Both the position numbers and the translations under genes were made by a program. DNA of 64,000 bases from an uncultured Gammaproteobacteria bacterium (GTDB taxonomy: Bacteria > Patescibacteriota > Microgenomatia > Curtissbacterales > GWA2-41-24): assembly GCA_964492425.1 (NCBI GenBank), contig CAZBKB010000005.1, positions 12,468 through 76,467 on the forward strand. The letters run 5' to 3'. The number at the start of each line of letters is the position of its first letter. The stretch's first letter is position 1. Below the pieces are notes generated by a model, which made no database searches, was not told where the DNA came from, and worked only from the letters and a program-made list of their open reading frames with translations. Positions 38,065 to 48,282 of the stretch are shown here, piece by piece.

Positions 38065-38924
38065 TTCGGTTTCATACAAGCGTACTTCTAAATGAGGCGA
38101 TAGGTTTTTTGAAGCCAGAAAGCGGTAAGAGTTTTATAGATGCGACAGCTGGAGGCGGGGGTCACACACAAGACCTGCTAAAAAGAGGAGCAAGAGTTTT
38201 AGCGCTGGATAGGGATCCAGAGGCAATTGAATACTTAAAGCAAAAAAAAGAGGAAAATTTAACAGTCGAAAAAGGAAATTTTTCGCACATTTATACAATT
38301 GCACAAGAAAACGGGTTTAAAGAAGTAGACGGCATTCTTTTTGATCTTGGTGTTTCCTCTTATCAACTAGAATCAGCGCAGAGGGGATTTAGCTTTCAAA
38401 AAGATGGGCCACTAGACATGCGCATGGAGCCTGAACTTGAAGTGCAAGCTAGTAATATTGTTAATCATTTTGAGAAAAGGAGGTTGAATGAAATCTTTAA
38501 AGTATTTGGTCAAGAAAAGCTTAGTTTGGCAATTGCTGAGGCTATTTGCAGCACCCGTCAAATAAAGCTGCTTGAAACTACAAAAGATTTAGAAAAAGTA
38601 GTTTATGAGGTGTATAGGAAAAAAAACGTAAAGACAAAGTTGCATCCTGCAACAAAAGTTTTTCAGGCACTACGGATAGTAGTAAATAGCGAACTTTTAA
38701 ATTTAGAAGAAGCCTTGCCGCAGACGACACGGTTACTAAAAAAAAGTGGCCGGTTGGTAATTGTAAGTTTTCATTCTCTTGAAGATGCAATAGTCAAACG
38801 ATTCTTCAAGGACTGTAAAGAATTAAAAACGCTTACAAAACTACCTATCGGCCCAAGTATCTTAGAAATACAAAGAAATCCAAGGTCAAGAAGCGCAAAA
38901 CTTAGGGCAGCAGAAAAACTCTAA
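38061..38924 (+). CDS. rsmH: 16S rRNA (cytosine1402-N4)-methyltransferase RsmH (MraW)
   Basis: MIRFHTSVLLNEAIGFL..FIDATAGGGGHT. The start was chosen at ATG 38061 (ATGA overlap with the mraZ stop). The long ORF from 38007 probably over-extends. Confidence 0.85.
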   Translation: MIRFHTSVLLNEAIGFLKPESGKSFIDATAGGGGHTQDLLKRGARVLALDRDPEAIEYLKQKKEENLTVEKGNFSHIYTIAQENGFKEVDGILFDLGVSSYQLESAQRGFSFQKDGPLDMRMEPELEVQASNIVNHFEKRRLNEIFKVFGQEKLSLAIAEAICSTRQIKLLETTKDLEKVVYEVYRKKNVKTKLHPATKVFQALRIVVNSELLNLEEALPQTTRLLKKSGRLVIVSFHSLEDAIVKRFFKDCKELKTLTKLPIGPSILEIQRNPRSRSAKLRAAEKL

Positions 38925-38939
38925 CACAGGAGAATATTT

Positions 38940-39272
38940 ATGAAACTGCCTAGAGACTATAAAAAGGAACAATTTAATAAAATTAATCAGATTAGCATCT
39001 TGCCAACAGTTGCAGGTTCAATTCGGCTTAAAGTTGTGTTTATTTCTTTATTTTTACTTGTCGGGCTAGTTTTTGTACAACTAGTATTTGCAAATAGTTT
39101 GGCAACCGACGGTGAAAAACTTTCACTCACTCAAGAGGAAATTAGAAGGCTCGAGCGTGAAAATACAACTCTTAAAGCAGAAATAGCTGAAGTCTCAGCG
39201 CTTACAAAATTAGCCCAAAAGGCCAAGGATGACGGATTCATAAAACCAAAATCTATAACGACTATCGACTAA
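38940..39272 (+). CDS. ftsL: Cell division protein FtsL-like (single TM plus coiled coil)
   Basis: 110 aa. One TM (VVFISLFLLVGLVFVQLVF) followed by a heptad-like LTQEEIRRLERENTTLKAEIAEV. It lies between rsmH and ftsI. Confidence 0.55.
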   Translation: MKLPRDYKKEQFNKINQISILPTVAGSIRLKVVFISLFLLVGLVFVQLVFANSLATDGEKLSLTQEEIRRLERENTTLKAEIAEVSALTKLAQKAKDDGFIKPKSITTID

Positions 39273-39290
39273 TTTTGTTAAACTGATTAA

Positions 39291-41033
39291 GTGGACAGGC
39301 TCAAAATTGTTCGGGGAATAATTTATCTTGTTACACTTGCAATAATTATCAGGCTTGTATATTGGCAATTTATAGCAGGTGTACAGTCCGCCCCAAGCCA
39401 AATCAAACAAGAAGGCAGAATTCCTGCGGCAAGAGGAGAGATTTACACATCTGATAATTTTCCGATAGTGGCCAATCAGGAAGCTTTTATCTTGTTTACT
39501 AAACCAAAAGAAATTAATATAAAACCGTCAGATATAGCCACAAAAGTTGCCCCACTTTTAATATCTGAAAAATATTCAACGATGGAAGCGGAGCTTGGTG
39601 AAGATGAGTTAGAAAAAAAAAATAAAGAAATAGAACAGCAAGAAACAAGCGTAATTCAAAAGATATCAGAAGAAAAACTTTTTTGGGTGCAGCTGGCAAG
39701 AAAAATTACGAAACAAACTAAAGAAAAGATAGAAAGTTTTAATCTTAGTGGCATCGGTTTTCAGCAAGATACAAGAAGAATATACCCAGAATCCTCCATG
39801 GCTGCACACCTTTTAGGTTTTGTTGGTTCTAACCAGTTTGGTGAAGACATGGGTTATTTTGGGTTAGAAGGTTACTACGATAATCAGCTGAGGGGCAAAG
39901 ATGGGCGTGGTGGTCAAATAGAAGATCCTCTTGGTCTCCCGATACTTGTTGCAAAGTTTGAACCTATTCCGCCCAAAAAAGGGAACTCTCTTTATTTATC
40001 AATAGACAGAGGCGCCCAATTTATTGTCGAAGATAGATTAAGGCAAGCAGTTGAAAAGTATGGAGTAAAACAAGGTGTGGTAATAATTTCTGACGTAAAA
40101 AGTGGAAAAATACTTGCTATGGCATCTTCGCCTACGTACATTCCAAACCTCTTTGCAGAATTTACAGAAGATCTGTATAGAAACCCAGCTGTAGCAGATA
40201 CGTATGAACCAGGATCAACTTTTAAACTTATAACAATGGCTTCAGCTCTAGATCAGGGTTTAGTAGAACCAAATACAAAGTGCACAGTATGCACTGGACC
40301 AAGAAGAATCGGCGGTTACGAAATATCAACATGGAACAAAAAATATTATCCTAACTCAACTATGGTCGAAGTTATCCAACATTCTGACAATATAGGCATG
40401 ACATTTGTGTCCCAAAAATTGGGGATAAATAAGTTTGTGGACTATATAACTCGGTTCGGTTTCGGGCAAAAGACTGGTGTTGATCTCCAAGACGAAGCGA
40501 GTGGTGTAATCAGGCCAGTTAGCGATTGGAAAGAAATTGATCTTGCAACAGCCTCCTTTGGTCAGGGGATTGCTGTAACACCGATACAGATGATTCAAGC
40601 TGTTCAAGCAATTGCAAATGGTGGTAGGTTAATCTCACCCAAAATAGTGAATAAAATAGTATCAGATGACAAAAAAGAGATTGTTAAACCAGAAAAAGAC
40701 ATTCAAGTTATTTCCCCTAAAACGGCTTCTCAAATAACCGAAATGATGGTCAACGCAGTTGAACAGGGAGAGGCAAAAGCATTCGCACCGCAAGGCTATA
40801 GAATTGCCGGCAAAACCGGTACAGCCCAAATTCCCGTAGCTGGCCATTACGATTCTGAAAAAACTATAGCGAGTTTCATTGGCTTTGCACCAGCAGATGA
40901 CCCTAAATTTGTCATGCTCATTAGCTTTACAGAACCCTCATCATCAGTTTTTGGCTCAGAAACTGCAGCGCCAACATTCTTTGCAATTGCTAAAGACTTG
41001 TTCAATTACTGGGGAATATCGCCAAGAGACTAA
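39291..41033 (+). CDS. ftsI: Peptidoglycan D,D-transpeptidase FtsI (class B PBP)
   Basis: GTG start. N-terminal TM. Transpeptidase motifs STFK (GSTFKLIT), SxN (HSDNIGM) and KTGT (AGKTGTAQ). Confidence 0.85.
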   Translation: MDRLKIVRGIIYLVTLAIIIRLVYWQFIAGVQSAPSQIKQEGRIPAARGEIYTSDNFPIVANQEAFILFTKPKEINIKPSDIATKVAPLLISEKYSTMEAELGEDELEKKNKEIEQQETSVIQKISEEKLFWVQLARKITKQTKEKIESFNLSGIGFQQDTRRIYPESSMAAHLLGFVGSNQFGEDMGYFGLEGYYDNQLRGKDGRGGQIEDPLGLPILVAKFEPIPPKKGNSLYLSIDRGAQFIVEDRLRQAVEKYGVKQGVVIISDVKSGKILAMASSPTYIPNLFAEFTEDLYRNPAVADTYEPGSTFKLITMASALDQGLVEPNTKCTVCTGPRRIGGYEISTWNKKYYPNSTMVEVIQHSDNIGMTFVSQKLGINKFVDYITRFGFGQKTGVDLQDEASGVIRPVSDWKEIDLATASFGQGIAVTPIQMIQAVQAIANGGRLISPKIVNKIVSDDKKEIVKPEKDIQVISPKTASQITEMMVNAVEQGEAKAFAPQGYRIAGKTGTAQIPVAGHYDSEKTIASFIGFAPADDPKFVMLISFTEPSSSVFGSETAAPTFFAIAKDLFNYWGISPRD

Positions 41034-41053
41034 AAAAATGCTAATATAGTTCA

Positions 41054-41350
41054 ATGGATTCGTTTATAATCAATAATTTTATGGCAGTACAGAAGTTCAC
41101 TCCTCTCACATCAGTGATTATTGCGTTAATATTTATTTGGTCCATTTTTTGGAAAGGAACTGCACTTTGGCATGCGTCGCAAAATAGGGAGAAAATATGG
41201 TTTATCGCTATTATTTTATTAAATACAGGTGGTATTCTAGAGATAGCTTATTTGTTTTACTTTTCAAAAAGTAAGCTTGCTCTACGAGAGGCAAAGATTT
41301 TTGTAAAAACCTTGAGTTTTAAGAATATAAAAAAACTACTAACCTCATAA
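41054..41350 (+). CDS. Small membrane protein of unknown function
   Basis: 98 aa with two predicted TM helices. Embedded between ftsI and murE. No homology recognised. Confidence 0.35.
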   Translation: MDSFIINNFMAVQKFTPLTSVIIALIFIWSIFWKGTALWHASQNREKIWFIAIILLNTGGILEIAYLFYFSKSKLALREAKIFVKTLSFKNIKKLLTS

Positions 41351-41512
41351 CTGCAAACTAGCACTCATATATACATAAGTGACAACCACACGCAGTACGG
41401 TATTATGCCTATCTAGAGCCAAAAACACGTAATCTCTGCAACAAAAAAACAAATTAATGTGAATCATAAGCCTATAGAAATCTTTTGGCAGATTAATATA
41501 TAATTAACCTAC

Positions 41513-42721
41513 ATGTGGCAAAAGATAAAAAACGTTTACCATCTTACCCAAGCTCTGGCTGCCTCCGCCTACTTTGGGTTTCCCTCACGTCATTTAACAG
41601 TCCTTGCAGTGACTGGCACAGATGGCAAAACCACAACCATCAGTATGATTTATCACATCCTCAATTCGTCAGGTAAAAAAACCTCGATGGTTTCTTCACT
41701 TGGTGCACAGATTGCAGATGAATCAATTGACACGGGTTATCACGTTACTACACCCAATCCCTGGCAGCTGCAGAAACTTTTAAAAAAAGCACATATCAAA
41801 GGTTCAGAATATTTCATACTCGAAGCGACCTCTCATGGTTTAGACCAAAATAGATTAGCATTTATTAACATTCACATAGCAATCATTACAAATATCACAA
41901 GCGAGCACATTGATTATCATAAAAGTTGGTTAAATTATGCAAAATCTAAGTCAAAAATATTTAAAAATGTCAAGTATTCAATTTTAAATATTGATGACAG
42001 CAAATCATACAATTTTTTAAAAGACAAGACTTTTGGTAAAGTGATCACTTACTCACAAAATAGAGATGCGGATTATGACCTTAAAAAATATCCTATAAAA
42101 TTACAGGTTTTAGGTGAATACAATTTATCAAATGCACTTGCGGCGTGTGCGGCAACAAATACCCTGGGAATTCCCAAGCGAGATATCATAAGCTCTCTTA
42201 CTAAATTTTCGAGTGTAAAAGGAAGACTTGAAAAAATCGACATTGGACAAGCATTTGATACTATTGTTGATTTCGCACATACACCACACGCATTAGAGAC
42301 AGTATTAGCTGCTTTAAAAAAGACCAATCCGAAATCAAGAATTATTGCAGTCTTTGGGGCAGCTGGTGAAAGGGATGCATCTAAAAGGCCACTCATGGGT
42401 GAGATAGCAGCCAAATATGCAAATATCGTTGTTGTTACCGCAGAGGATCCAAGAAACGAAAATCCTAAGGATATCGCAGAAGATATCGCATCAGGTCTTA
42501 AAAAACATGGCAAAAAAGAGGATAAGGATTTTTTTATTGTGCTTGATCGCAGGAGTGCAATACAATTTGCAGTAAATAAAGCAAAAAAAGGTGATGTATT
42601 AGGCTTTTTTGGCAAAGGCCATGAAAAAAGCTTGTGCATCGGGAAAAAGGAGTGTCCATGGAATGAAATTCAAGAAGTAGAGAATGCAGTTAGAAAGCAA
42701 ATAAAAAATGGCAAAAACTGA
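41513..42721 (+). CDS. murE: UDP-N-acetylmuramoyl-tripeptide ligase MurE (short form lacking the N-terminal domain)
   Basis: Mur ligase P-loop VTGTDGKTTT near the N-terminus. EATSHGLDQNRL matches the MurE ME.SSH.L.Q.R block. C-terminal Mur ligase domain present. Confidence 0.6.
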   Translation: MWQKIKNVYHLTQALAASAYFGFPSRHLTVLAVTGTDGKTTTISMIYHILNSSGKKTSMVSSLGAQIADESIDTGYHVTTPNPWQLQKLLKKAHIKGSEYFILEATSHGLDQNRLAFINIHIAIITNITSEHIDYHKSWLNYAKSKSKIFKNVKYSILNIDDSKSYNFLKDKTFGKVITYSQNRDADYDLKKYPIKLQVLGEYNLSNALAACAATNTLGIPKRDIISSLTKFSSVKGRLEKIDIGQAFDTIVDFAHTPHALETVLAALKKTNPKSRIIAVFGAAGERDASKRPLMGEIAAKYANIVVVTAEDPRNENPKDIAEDIASGLKKHGKKEDKDFFIVLDRRSAIQFAVNKAKKGDVLGFFGKGHEKSLCIGKKECPWNEIQEVENAVRKQIKNGKN

Positions 42722-44705
42722 TTTTTCAGCGATCATTTTGGCAGCGGGAGTAGGTAAAAGGATGAACAGTGAAAAATCCAAAGTCCTTCATAAAATTGGC
42801 ACCAAGCCTATGATCCAAAAAACTGTAGAGACGTTAGAAAATTTAGCCCCACATCAGATTATTGTTGTTGCAAATAGGGCAAATAAAGACGAGCTCAAAA
42901 GCGTTATTCCAAATACTACCATAGTTATCCAAGATAAGCCTTTGGGAACTGCAGACGCCACAGCTATTGGATTACAACAGGTCAGTCCTCCTAGCATACG
43001 AGACATTGCTGTGCTTTATGGGGACGATACAGCTTTCTATAGCCCCGAAACTATCAAACATGTGTTCAACTTCCATCAAAAATCCAAAGCTAAAATCACG
43101 TTTGTCACCATCAAAAGAGAAAATCCCGAGAGGTTGGGAAGAATCATAAGAAGTGGCGAAAAACTTTTAGGAATAATTGAGGACAAAGATGCAACTGAAG
43201 AGCAAAAGAAAATTAGAGAGGTAAACGATGGTTTGTATTTCTTTGATAAAAGTTATTTAAAGGCAAATATCCACAAACTTAAGCCATCCAGAACCACTGG
43301 TGAGCTTTATATTACCGACCTTATCGCGCTCGCGTTAGAAAACCATCAAAAAGTTGAAACGTATAAACTCGATAATGAAGCTGAATGGCATGGCATTAAT
43401 ACGCAAGTTGAACTTGCGAAAGCAAACTTTAAAATCAACAAGTCAATACATATTATGGGTATTTCTGGAGCTGGAGCTTCAGCTATTGCTGGGATTTCAA
43501 AAGCCGAAGGCTATAAGGTATCTGGGTGCGATATCAATCCTAATTCTTCATACATCGACAAGTCAGAGATAAAAATTGTCAAAGGTCACAACAAAGCTCA
43601 TCTGGATTCTATCTCTTGCCTGGTTATCTCCCCCGCTGTTGTGAAATTCAATCCAAAAAACGAGGAGGTTATCAGCGCAAAAGATAAAGGCTTATCAGTT
43701 CTAACTTGGCAGGAATTCCAAGGATCCATACTTATGGAAAATAAATTAACAATTGCAGTTGCAGGAGCATACGGAAAATCAACAACAACTGCTATGATCG
43801 GCAAACTACTTTCAGACACCGGACTCGATCCAACAATAGAAATCGGCGCAAAAATGCTCAATTGGGGTAAAAATTTCAGAGTTGGTAAATCAAAATATTA
43901 CGTCTGTGAAGCAGATGAATATAACGATAATTTTTTAAATTATAGACCCGGCATTGCTGTAGTTCTGAACGTCGATTGGGACCACCCGGACTATTTCAAG
44001 AGTCGTCAACAAGCCGAAAAATCTTTCATGTCATTTATAAACAATATTAAAGACGACGGGTATCTGATAACGACACAAGAAATTATTGAAAAGATATGTA
44101 AAAATATCAGAAAAGATATAATAATTACAAAAATATCTAAATTTTCAAATATCAATCTAAAGATTATTGGAGATTTTAGAATAGAAAATGCAAATGCCGC
44201 ACTCACACTTGCCCAAATTCTCAAAATTGATCTTGAAAAAGCCCGAAAGTCAATAAATAACTTTAGTGGATTAGGGAGAAGGCTTGAGTTTAAAGGCGAA
44301 CTAGGAGGTGTAAAGTTTTATGATGATTATGCAGTTCAGCCTTATACTGTACAGAAAACTGCAAATGCTCTAAGACAAAAATATAAAAAAAGAAAAATTA
44401 CCCTAGTGCTAGAGCCTCACACATTCACAAGAGTAAATATGTTCTTCAATGATTTTGTGCAGAAATTAAAGAATACAAATGTTGACCAGATCCTCATCAC
44501 CGACGTTTACGCAGCCAGAGAAAAGGGTAATAAAAGTAGTCTATCGAGAAAATTAGCCAACGTTATAGGCAAAAAAGCATGGTACATTGGCTCTGTCAAG
44601 GATATTGCAGATAACATAAGAAATAATATGGACCTTTTTGATGTCGTTTTAACAATGGGTGCAGGTGAGGTTTACAAAGTATATGATTTAGTTAAAAATG
44701 GATAA
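42708..44705 (+). CDS. murC: Fusion protein: GlmU-type UDP-GlcNAc pyrophosphorylase domain (N) plus UDP-N-acetylmuramate--L-alanine ligase MurC (C)
   Basis: Residues 1-240 are collinear with the E. coli GlmU uridyltransferase domain (AIILAAGVGKRMNS..KVLH, GIIEDKDATEEQKKIREVNDGLY, ELYITDLIALA), with no LbH acetyltransferase domain. Residues about 245-665 are MurC (IMGISGAGASAIAG, GAYGKSTTTAMIG, CEADEYNDNF). Confidence 0.75.
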   Translation: MAKTDFSAIILAAGVGKRMNSEKSKVLHKIGTKPMIQKTVETLENLAPHQIIVVANRANKDELKSVIPNTTIVIQDKPLGTADATAIGLQQVSPPSIRDIAVLYGDDTAFYSPETIKHVFNFHQKSKAKITFVTIKRENPERLGRIIRSGEKLLGIIEDKDATEEQKKIREVNDGLYFFDKSYLKANIHKLKPSRTTGELYITDLIALALENHQKVETYKLDNEAEWHGINTQVELAKANFKINKSIHIMGISGAGASAIAGISKAEGYKVSGCDINPNSSYIDKSEIKIVKGHNKAHLDSISCLVISPAVVKFNPKNEEVISAKDKGLSVLTWQEFQGSILMENKLTIAVAGAYGKSTTTAMIGKLLSDTGLDPTIEIGAKMLNWGKNFRVGKSKYYVCEADEYNDNFLNYRPGIAVVLNVDWDHPDYFKSRQQAEKSFMSFINNIKDDGYLITTQEIIEKICKNIRKDIIITKISKFSNINLKIIGDFRIENANAALTLAQILKIDLEKARKSINNFSGLGRRLEFKGELGGVKFYDDYAVQPYTVQKTANALRQKYKKRKITLVLEPHTFTRVNMFFNDFVQKLKNTNVDQILITDVYAAREKGNKSSLSRKLANVIGKKAWYIGSVKDIADNIRNNMDLFDVVLTMGAGEVYKVYDLVKNG

Positions 44706-45714
44706 GTCAAAAATTGAAGAAGCTAAGAATATACTCGGCCCTTTGAGAGTTTACGAAAAAGAACCACTCTCAAAGCACACATACTTTAAAATTGGTGGTC
44801 TAGCAGATTTATTTTTTGAAGCCAAAAACACCGATGATTTTACTCTGGCTTTGGAAACTGCCTTTAGACTAAAGATACCTTTCGTTGTTTTAGGTAGTGG
44901 TGCAAATGTTTTGGTCTCCGACGAAGGCTATCCAGGCATCGTTATTAAAAATAAAACAGACGGGGTCAAGCTTGTCGGTATTAAAGGAACAATGGGCAGG
45001 GAAGGAGCTGGTATAAAAGAAGCACTTGTTTGGGTCGCATCTGGAACACTCATGAACAGGCTTGCTCGTTTTACTATCGATCAAGGCTTAGAAGGTTTGG
45101 AATTTCTGCTTTCTGTTCCCGGTACTATTGGCGGCGGCATTAAAATAAACTCTCATTATGAGGTTGAAAAAGGTGAATTTATTGGCAATTCGCTGGCAGC
45201 AGCTACACTTTTTGACCCAACAAATGGTGAAACAAAAAAGGTGGATAGAAAATATTTCGAGTTCGCCTATGACGCTTCTAAAATCCAAAAAACAGGAGAA
45301 ATTGTAATAGATGCGACTTTTAGGGTCACAAAAGCAAAAGATAAAAACGCTCTTTGGCAAAAAGCTACAAACGATGTAAAAAGACGAAACGATGAGCAAC
45401 CTATAGGGATTGCTTGTTCAGGTTGCATTTTTCAAAACATCAGCCACGATGATGCAATGAGACTTGCAACACCCAACATAACAACATCTACGGGATATAT
45501 AATACAAAGCTTAGGACTCAAAGGAACAAAAATAGGTGGTGCTCAAATATCGGAAAAACATGCTAATTATATTTTAAACATAAATGATGCTACGGCAAAC
45601 GATGTTTACAATTTGATAAACTTAATTAAACTTAAAGTGAAAAAAACATATGGCTTAGATTTAAAAGAGGAAATATTTCTTGTAGGAAAATTTGATGGCA
45701 AAGCTGTTAATTAA
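44698..45714 (+). CDS. murB: UDP-N-acetylenolpyruvoylglucosamine reductase MurB
   Basis: FAD-binding N-terminus YFKIGGLADLFFEAKN...IPFVVLGSGANVLVSDEGYPGIVI. 338 aa. Confidence 0.8.
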   Translation: MDKSKIEEAKNILGPLRVYEKEPLSKHTYFKIGGLADLFFEAKNTDDFTLALETAFRLKIPFVVLGSGANVLVSDEGYPGIVIKNKTDGVKLVGIKGTMGREGAGIKEALVWVASGTLMNRLARFTIDQGLEGLEFLLSVPGTIGGGIKINSHYEVEKGEFIGNSLAAATLFDPTNGETKKVDRKYFEFAYDASKIQKTGEIVIDATFRVTKAKDKNALWQKATNDVKRRNDEQPIGIACSGCIFQNISHDDAMRLATPNITTSTGYIIQSLGLKGTKIGGAQISEKHANYILNINDATANDVYNLINLIKLKVKKTYGLDLKEEIFLVGKFDGKAVN

Positions 45715-46948
45715 AGGTCCGGCCAAACTTTCCGGTACAATTAAAATAGCCGGTAACAAAAACTCGGTGCTTCCAATTATGGCAGCGAGTCTTCTTGCGA
45801 AAGACCCAAGCACGATTGAAAATGTGCCTCACATATCCGACGTAGCTGTGCTTGCTCAGCTGCTAAAGCTAACTGGTGTAGAAACGAGATTTCATTCAAC
45901 TTCAAAACTTACTGTCAATCCGGCAAAAGTAAAAAAAGTGGAATTTCCTAATGAATTCACAGAAAAATTAAGAGCATCTGTCATCTTGATTGCTCCAATG
46001 CTTGCCCGTATTGGCTATATAAAAATGGGATATCCAGGGGGAGACATCATAGGCAGACGTCCTCTCGATACTCATTTTCAAGTATTAGAAGCTATGGGAG
46101 CAAAAGTGAAGAAAGAAGAAGACTACTTTGAAGTTTTCGCGGATAAATTAACGGGAGCTGAAATATTTCTTCATGAAGCATCTGTAACAGCCACAGAAAA
46201 TGCCATAATTGCAGCATCGGTTGCAACTGGCCAAACAGTAATCAAACGAGCTGCTTCCGAACCTCACGTCGTAGACCTATGTGAATATTTAATAAAAATA
46301 GGAGCAAAGATTGAAGGGGTCGGGAGTAATGTTTTGAAAATAACAGGCAGCGAAAACTTTTATGGAACAACTCATTCTATCCGTCCGGATCATATAGAAG
46401 TTGGTACTTTTGCAATTTTGGCAGCTGTTACTAAAAGTAGGCTTGAATTAGTTCCTGTTATTAAAGAAGATTTGGATATGACGCTTCTAACTCTAAAAAA
46501 ATTTGGGGTTAAATACGAAATTAAGAATAATAGGCTATATATTATCCCTGCCAAATTAACTGCAATTGAAAAGGTAGTAACAGACATCTGGCCAGGTTTT
46601 CCAACAGACCTCATGGCACCAATGATAGTTTTAGCAACGCAAGCGGAAGGTGTTACTATTCTCCATGACTGGATGTATGAGTCACGGATGTTTTTTGTTG
46701 ACAAACTTCTTTCTATGGGAGCAAAAGTGGAAATAGCAGACCCGCATAGAGTATTTGTATACGGTCCAACAAAACTTCATGGCCAAAAATTAGATACGCC
46801 GGACATCCGCGCTGGCATGGCACTTGTTATTGCTGCCCTGGCAGCATCTGGAAAAAGCGAAATTGATAAAGCAGAACTTATCGAACGTGGTTACGAAAAC
46901 ATTGTCGAGCGCCTCTCTGCTTTAGGGGCAAAAGTTACGAAAATTTAA
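45695..46948 (+). CDS. murA: UDP-N-acetylglucosamine 1-carboxyvinyltransferase MurA
   Basis: MAKLLIKGPAKLSGTIKIAGNKNSVLPIMAASLLA is the canonical MurA N-terminus. ATG 45695 was chosen over TTG 45692. Confidence 0.85.
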   Translation: MAKLLIKGPAKLSGTIKIAGNKNSVLPIMAASLLAKDPSTIENVPHISDVAVLAQLLKLTGVETRFHSTSKLTVNPAKVKKVEFPNEFTEKLRASVILIAPMLARIGYIKMGYPGGDIIGRRPLDTHFQVLEAMGAKVKKEEDYFEVFADKLTGAEIFLHEASVTATENAIIAASVATGQTVIKRAASEPHVVDLCEYLIKIGAKIEGVGSNVLKITGSENFYGTTHSIRPDHIEVGTFAILAAVTKSRLELVPVIKEDLDMTLLTLKKFGVKYEIKNNRLYIIPAKLTAIEKVVTDIWPGFPTDLMAPMIVLATQAEGVTILHDWMYESRMFFVDKLLSMGAKVEIADPHRVFVYGPTKLHGQKLDTPDIRAGMALVIAALAASGKSEIDKAELIERGYENIVERLSALGAKVTKI

Positions 46949-47098
46949 ACTGGATGTTTTATATTGCAGTTCACCTAAGTGGTAAATCTGCCGAGGATAA
47001 AATCTCGCTGCTTACTAATTATGAAATAATTGAAGACCTCAATAAGAAAAATAGCTCTTATTCCTATTTGATAAAAAAAACAAAATTGCCAGGGTCAG

Positions 47099-48229
47099 AT
47101 GTTTGATAAACTGAAAAAAATTCTAGGAAGGACTTATTATCCTCTCAATAAAATAGAATTAAATAAAAAAAGGTTACTAAAAAATTACGATTATCTTAAG
47201 TCTCTTGACAATAATTTACAAATAGCACCTGTTGTCAAAAGCAATGCATATGGTCATGGTATAGAAGAAGTTTCAAAAATACTAGACAGTCAAAAACCGC
47301 CATTTTTTTGTGTTGATAGTCTATTTGAAGCGTATCAACTTAAAAAAGCGAAGATTAAATCACCCATACTCATTATGGGTTTCGTGGACGGAAGAAATCT
47401 TAAAGCCAGGAAACTACCTTTTTCTTTTGCGGTTTTCGATTTGGACTTTGCTAAAGCCTTAAATAAATATCAACCCGGTGCAAAGGTACATATTAAAGTT
47501 GATACTGGTATGAATCGTATAGGCGTATCGTTAAAAAGTTTAGCCAAATTTCTCTACCAAATTAAAAAATTAAAAAACCTCGAAGTCGAAGGCTTAATGT
47601 CGCACCTTTCATCCCCTAGGTCGTCCGAAAGTTATACCAACTATCAAATTGATAATTACAAAAAGGCGATCAGAATATTTGAGGATTCAGGCTTTTTCCC
47701 CAAATGGAAGCATTTAGCAGCATCAGGGGGACTTTTTAACATAAGGCCCAAAACTTTAGAAAAGATATCAAACCTGGCTCGCTGTGGAATTGCACTTTAT
47801 GGAGCAAGTGGAGAAGGCCAAACAAGGCCTGTCATTGAGCTTAAATCTCAAATAGTCCAAATTAAAAAATTAAACAAGGGAGACCTTGTTGGTTATGATC
47901 GTACGTATAAAGTCAAAGGGCCAACAACAATTGGAATTTTGCCGATAGGTTATAACGACGGGATAGACAGAAAGTTGTCCAATAACGGCTACGTTTCACA
48001 TACATATAATAAGGTAAATTGTCCAATAATTGGTAGGGTGAGTATGAATATAACAACAATAGATATCACCAAAGTTAAAAAAGCAAAAGTGGGAGACGAA
48101 ATCACTGTTATATCGTCAAAGCTAACTGACATAAACAGCATTACAAATTTAGCAATACAAATAAACACAATTCCGCACGATATATTGGTTCATTTACACC
48201 CAAAATCCATCAAAAGAATTATCGTTTAG
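47099..48229 (+). CDS. alr: Alanine racemase
   Basis: PLP-binding lysine motif APVVKSNAYGHG. About 376 aa with a C-terminal beta domain. Confidence 0.8.
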   Translation: MFDKLKKILGRTYYPLNKIELNKKRLLKNYDYLKSLDNNLQIAPVVKSNAYGHGIEEVSKILDSQKPPFFCVDSLFEAYQLKKAKIKSPILIMGFVDGRNLKARKLPFSFAVFDLDFAKALNKYQPGAKVHIKVDTGMNRIGVSLKSLAKFLYQIKKLKNLEVEGLMSHLSSPRSSESYTNYQIDNYKKAIRIFEDSGFFPKWKHLAASGGLFNIRPKTLEKISNLARCGIALYGASGEGQTRPVIELKSQIVQIKKLNKGDLVGYDRTYKVKGPTTIGILPIGYNDGIDRKLSNNGYVSHTYNKVNCPIIGRVSMNITTIDITKVKKAKVGDEITVISSKLTDINSITNLAIQINTIPHDILVHLHPKSIKRIIV

Positions 48230-48282
48230 CCCCATAGTTTGCTTCAATCAATGATCATGGGATATAATACAACTTTGATCTT

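Noticed and set aside
42073-42639. 188-aa minus-strand ORF
   Set aside because: It lies entirely inside the well-supported murE gene on the opposite strand. Its low-complexity S/A/P-rich translation is typical of antisense frames. Spurious.
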